A stretch of DNA of 10,589 nucleotides from Fonticula alba ATCC 38817 (Eukaryota; Protista; Nucleariida). The notes under the pieces are model-generated. The model was not told where the DNA came from. It saw only the letters and a program-made list of their open reading frames with translations, and did no database searches. Positions 8,299 through 10,589 of this stretch are shown in pieces (position 1 is the stretch's first letter; each line of letters starts with the position of its first letter). The position numbers were made by a program, and so were the translations under genes. The stretch is taken from assembly GCA_000388065.2 (NCBI GenBank), contig KB932202.1. The stretch is one strand, 5' to 3'.

Positions 8299-8925
8299 CC
8301 CCCCCCCTACACCCCCTTTCCTCGCATCATTGTCCTGCACTCGCGTGGACACTTCTGTCGGCCAGATCGGCCCTGTTGCCTCGGTCGGATCGTATTGCGC
8401 CGTCGGTCTTGTGCACGCGAACACCGGCCCTCGGGCTTGTTTCCGGCGCAGCACATACGGCCCTTTTGTACACATGCCCTCCGTCATGCCCCCCCCCATG
8501 GCCGGCATCGCTCCGGGCCGCCGGCCCCGCCCCCGCCCCCGCCCCTGCTCCGGTCCCTGGCCAGTAGTCAGGCGGCCCGGACCCGATGCGATCTCAGGAA
8601 GATCCGCCCTTCCGCCCTTCACTGGCCCTCTTTTCCGCATCCCAGTCTCGAGCTCCTCGCACTCCCGGTTCGCTCTCAGGGCATGCGCGAATCGCGAGGC
8701 GACAGATGCGGCCTGCCGAGGGCGTGCTATTGCTCCGTGTGGCCCAGGTCAAGGGCCCCGCGCTGCTGCACATGCACGGGCACGCTGCCTGTTCGCCTCG
8801 ATTTCAAGGCTATTTTTCCGGCCCCTCAATCCACCCCCCTTCCCGGGATCGAGGCTGGGTTGTGAGCTGACGGCCGTCTTGGCGCCTGGGTCGGTCTGAC
8901 GGCCGCGTGCACGCATGCCCCCCCG

Positions 8926-8952
8926 CCCCCCCCCCCTCTCTCTCTCTCTCTC
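8926..8952 (+). repeat. C11 plus (TC)8 microsatellite
   Basis: ccccccccccc tctctctctctctctc. Confidence 0.9.
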
Positions 8953-9011
8953 CCGGCCGCGCTGCTCCCCATCATTCGCTCTATCCTCAAATGGCTGTCC
9001 CATCTTGTCTG

Positions 9012-9105
9012 CCTTCCTTCCGCCTCCTTCCCTCCTCCCCCTTCCCCCTCCTGCCCTGCTTCCCTGCACGCGCTTCCTTCCCCCTTCCCTTCCCACACCT
9101 TTTCC
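9012..9105 (+). repeat. Near-pure polypyrimidine tract
   Basis: (C2-5 T1-2)n low-complexity sequence with few purines, including a perfect 20-nt mirror repeat at 9033-9052. Confidence 0.85.
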
Positions 9106-9180
9106 CGGTTCCACTGTAAATACTCCCTCCCAGCCGCGGCTCACCAACACAAGTCGAGCCTCCTCCCCCCTCACTCCCCG

Positions 9181-9229
9181 CCATCCCCATCCCCATCCCA
9201 TCCCCATCCCATCCCCATCCATCCATCCA
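9181..9229 (+). repeat. Degenerate (CCCCAT)n / (CCAT)n repeat
   Basis: Nine C2-4AT units: ccatccccatccccatcccatccccatcccatccccatccatccatcca. Confidence 0.9.
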
Positions 9230-9357
9230 CATGCGAGCCTCATATCACCACTCTTTTCCAACGCACACCCCCTTGATGATCCCACCCGCCTGGTGCCCAC
9301 GAAGCTGACACATTCTCTTCTCGCTTTCCGTTCCAGTCTGGCCAGCATTTGCACTCT

Positions 9358-9375
9358 CCCCCCCCCCCCCCCCAG
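9358..9375 (+). other. C16 immediately followed by AG (splice-acceptor-like)
   Basis: C16 (9358-9373) then AG at 9374-9375, after a pyrimidine-rich stretch. Confidence 0.3.
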
Positions 9376-9862
9376 GCCATATCCTTCTGACCTGCGACGC
9401 CTGCCCTCGCGCGCCCCCTTCCACCCGGTACGATCGCCCTTCCGACTGTCGCCTCCGTCGGCTCTGTCACCACCGTCACCCTCGCCACAGCGATGCCCCA
9501 TACGGGCCCCTACATTGATGCCCGAAACCCACACCTCCTCCACGCCGCCGCATCCGCCCACACACCTGCCCACCTGACTGTCGACATTTCTCATCCACCC
9601 CCTGGGGCTGCCCGGGCGGCTTGACATCCCAAGACTCGTGGTCAATGGGCCCATTGCGCTAGCGATCCAATCCAAAGCGGAGTTCTCCCCTCCTCTTTCC
9701 CCCTCGCCCGGCTTTGTCGCAACGCCCTGTGACCCGGCCGTGTGCGTGCCCATCCCGTCACCTGGTCCCTGCCTCCCGGGACCGTGCCTCGCCAGGCCCC
9801 TGTCGGCCGCGCTTCTCTTCCGGGATTCTCTGTGGCGGTGGTCACGCTCGGGTTTCCTCCTT

Positions 9863-9872
9863 NNNNNNNNNN
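9863..9872. other. Assembly gap (10 N), probably at the start of a CT microsatellite
   Basis: Run of N directly followed by (CT)11. Confidence 1.
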
Positions 9873-9906
9873 CTCTCTCTCTCTCTCTCTCTCTCGCACT
9901 CGCACT
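9873..9906 (+). repeat. (CT)11 plus (CGCACT)2
   Basis: Read directly from the sequence. Confidence 0.95.
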
Positions 9907-10224
9907 CGCGCCCGCCCCACTCGCCCTCACTCTGGCTCTCTCCCCCTGCTGGTGGCATCGCCACCGCCACCAGCCGCTGGCCTGCATCTCGTCCGACCGA
10001 CCGCCGGAAGAATATCAGACGCCTCGGCAGCGGTCGAACAGGTCCCTCGGGTGCAGAACTCCCAAGCGCAAATACCCACCAGAATTCTTCCTCCTCTGTA
10101 CACACACACAGCCCTCCCGTTGCTCTTTTCCCGTTGCATCCCCTCCCTGCCCCCGCCACCCCCCCTCGCCCCTCCTCCGCCCCCTGAGAGTCGGATCGCA
10201 CTCGGCTCTCTGCCCCCGCTTCCA

Positions 10225-10225
<1 letters not shown>

Positions 10226-10270
<45 letters not shown>
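10226..10270 (+). repeat. C45 homopolymer
   Basis: 45 consecutive C. C15 (10320-10334) and C14 (10576-10589) lie nearby. Confidence 0.9.
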
Positions 10271-10277
<7 letters not shown>

Positions 10278-10531
10278 GCCCCTAGGGCTCCGGCGCCGCG
10301 GACGCGGCCACCTTCTGGGCCCCCCCCCCCCCCCGCCGTCCGGGGCATTTTGGCCCGTGCCCCCGTCCCCCGTCCTGACTTGTCCGGGCTCCCTCTGTGG
10401 TGGGCGTTTTTTTTTGAATCGGACACCGCCCCGAGTGGTGGTCCTGCTTGGCCGCACGAGGGCAACACAATCCATCGCGTAGGCCGCCCTGCGACTTGGC
10501 ATCCCAGCTTCAACTCAGTGGCCGCGCGGTA

Positions 10532-10549
10532 GCGGCGGCGGCGGCGGCG
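10532..10549 (+). repeat. (GCG)6 trinucleotide repeat
   Basis: gcggcggcggcggcggcg. Confidence 0.9.
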
Positions 10550-10589
10550 GGGGCAACGGCCGCCGCCGAGCTCCTCCCCCCCCCCCCCC

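Larger units (their letters stand above)
1..10589. other. GC-rich, CpG-rich, probably non-coding or intronic eukaryote-like DNA (CpG-island-like)
   Basis: GC about 70-72% from sampled lines, abundant CpG, many homopolymers and microsatellites, and no recognisable domain in any of the six frames. Confidence 0.6.

Noticed and set aside
6814-8899. ORFs of 668, 393, 259, 208, 193 and 184 aa around the central gaps
   Set aside because: Their length comes from N runs translated as X, and the HPHPHP, VWVWVW and GCGCGC stretches are translations of the CACCCA repeat.
7658-9229. (CACCCA)n and (CCCCAT)n as telomeric or Rap1-site repeats
   Set aside because: They are internal and short. Neither is the canonical TTAGGG or TTTAGGG type, and the resemblance to yeast TG1-3 does not fit this base composition.
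9273-9390. TGATGA ... CTGA as a C/D box snoRNA
   Set aside because: There is no terminal stem and the interior is low-complexity C/T sequence.
8749-9987. 412-aa - strand ORF
   Set aside because: The purine-rich strand has few T and therefore few stops. It crosses a gap and a (GA)n repeat and has no recognisable motif.
1-10589. Alphaherpesvirus inverted-repeat or LAT-like region
   Set aside because: GC content and homopolymers are similar, but I found no ICP0 RING, ICP4 or ICP34.5 sequence, no GTTCGCAC origin box, no AT-rich oriS palindrome and no TAATGARAT. Not excluded absolutely; BLASTN would settle it.
1-10589. rRNA, tRNA, CRISPR array or transposon termini
   Set aside because: I saw no conserved rRNA motifs, cloverleaf, regularly spaced repeats, terminal inverted repeats, LTRs or transposase/RT frames.

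Overview
A very GC-rich (about 70-72% by eye), CpG-rich, low-complexity window with four assembly gaps (1172-1480, 7001-7175, 7713-8298, 9863-9872; 1080 N in total). I cannot recognise any protein-coding gene, RNA gene, mobile element or CRISPR array. The ORF track is dominated by Gly/Pro/Arg/Ala-rich frames, as expected from stop-codon scarcity, and several only look long because they read through N gaps. The DNA looks eukaryotic (microsatellites, long G/C homopolymers, GT-AG splice-like signals, CCAAT boxes), most likely intergenic or intronic sequence from a short-read scaffold. The taxon cannot be determined from this window. The clearest large-scale signal is a strand-polarity switch: long G runs dominate the + strand left of about 4.1 kb and long C runs dominate to the right. 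The switch zone (about 3.7-4.15 kb) holds a CCAAT box, GCATGC motifs, a (GGCC)5 palindrome and the longest A/T-only stretch I found, which may mark a divergent promoter. GCATGC is also over-represented (14 copies). I did not find a convincing novel biological system; the findings below are modest, testable leads.
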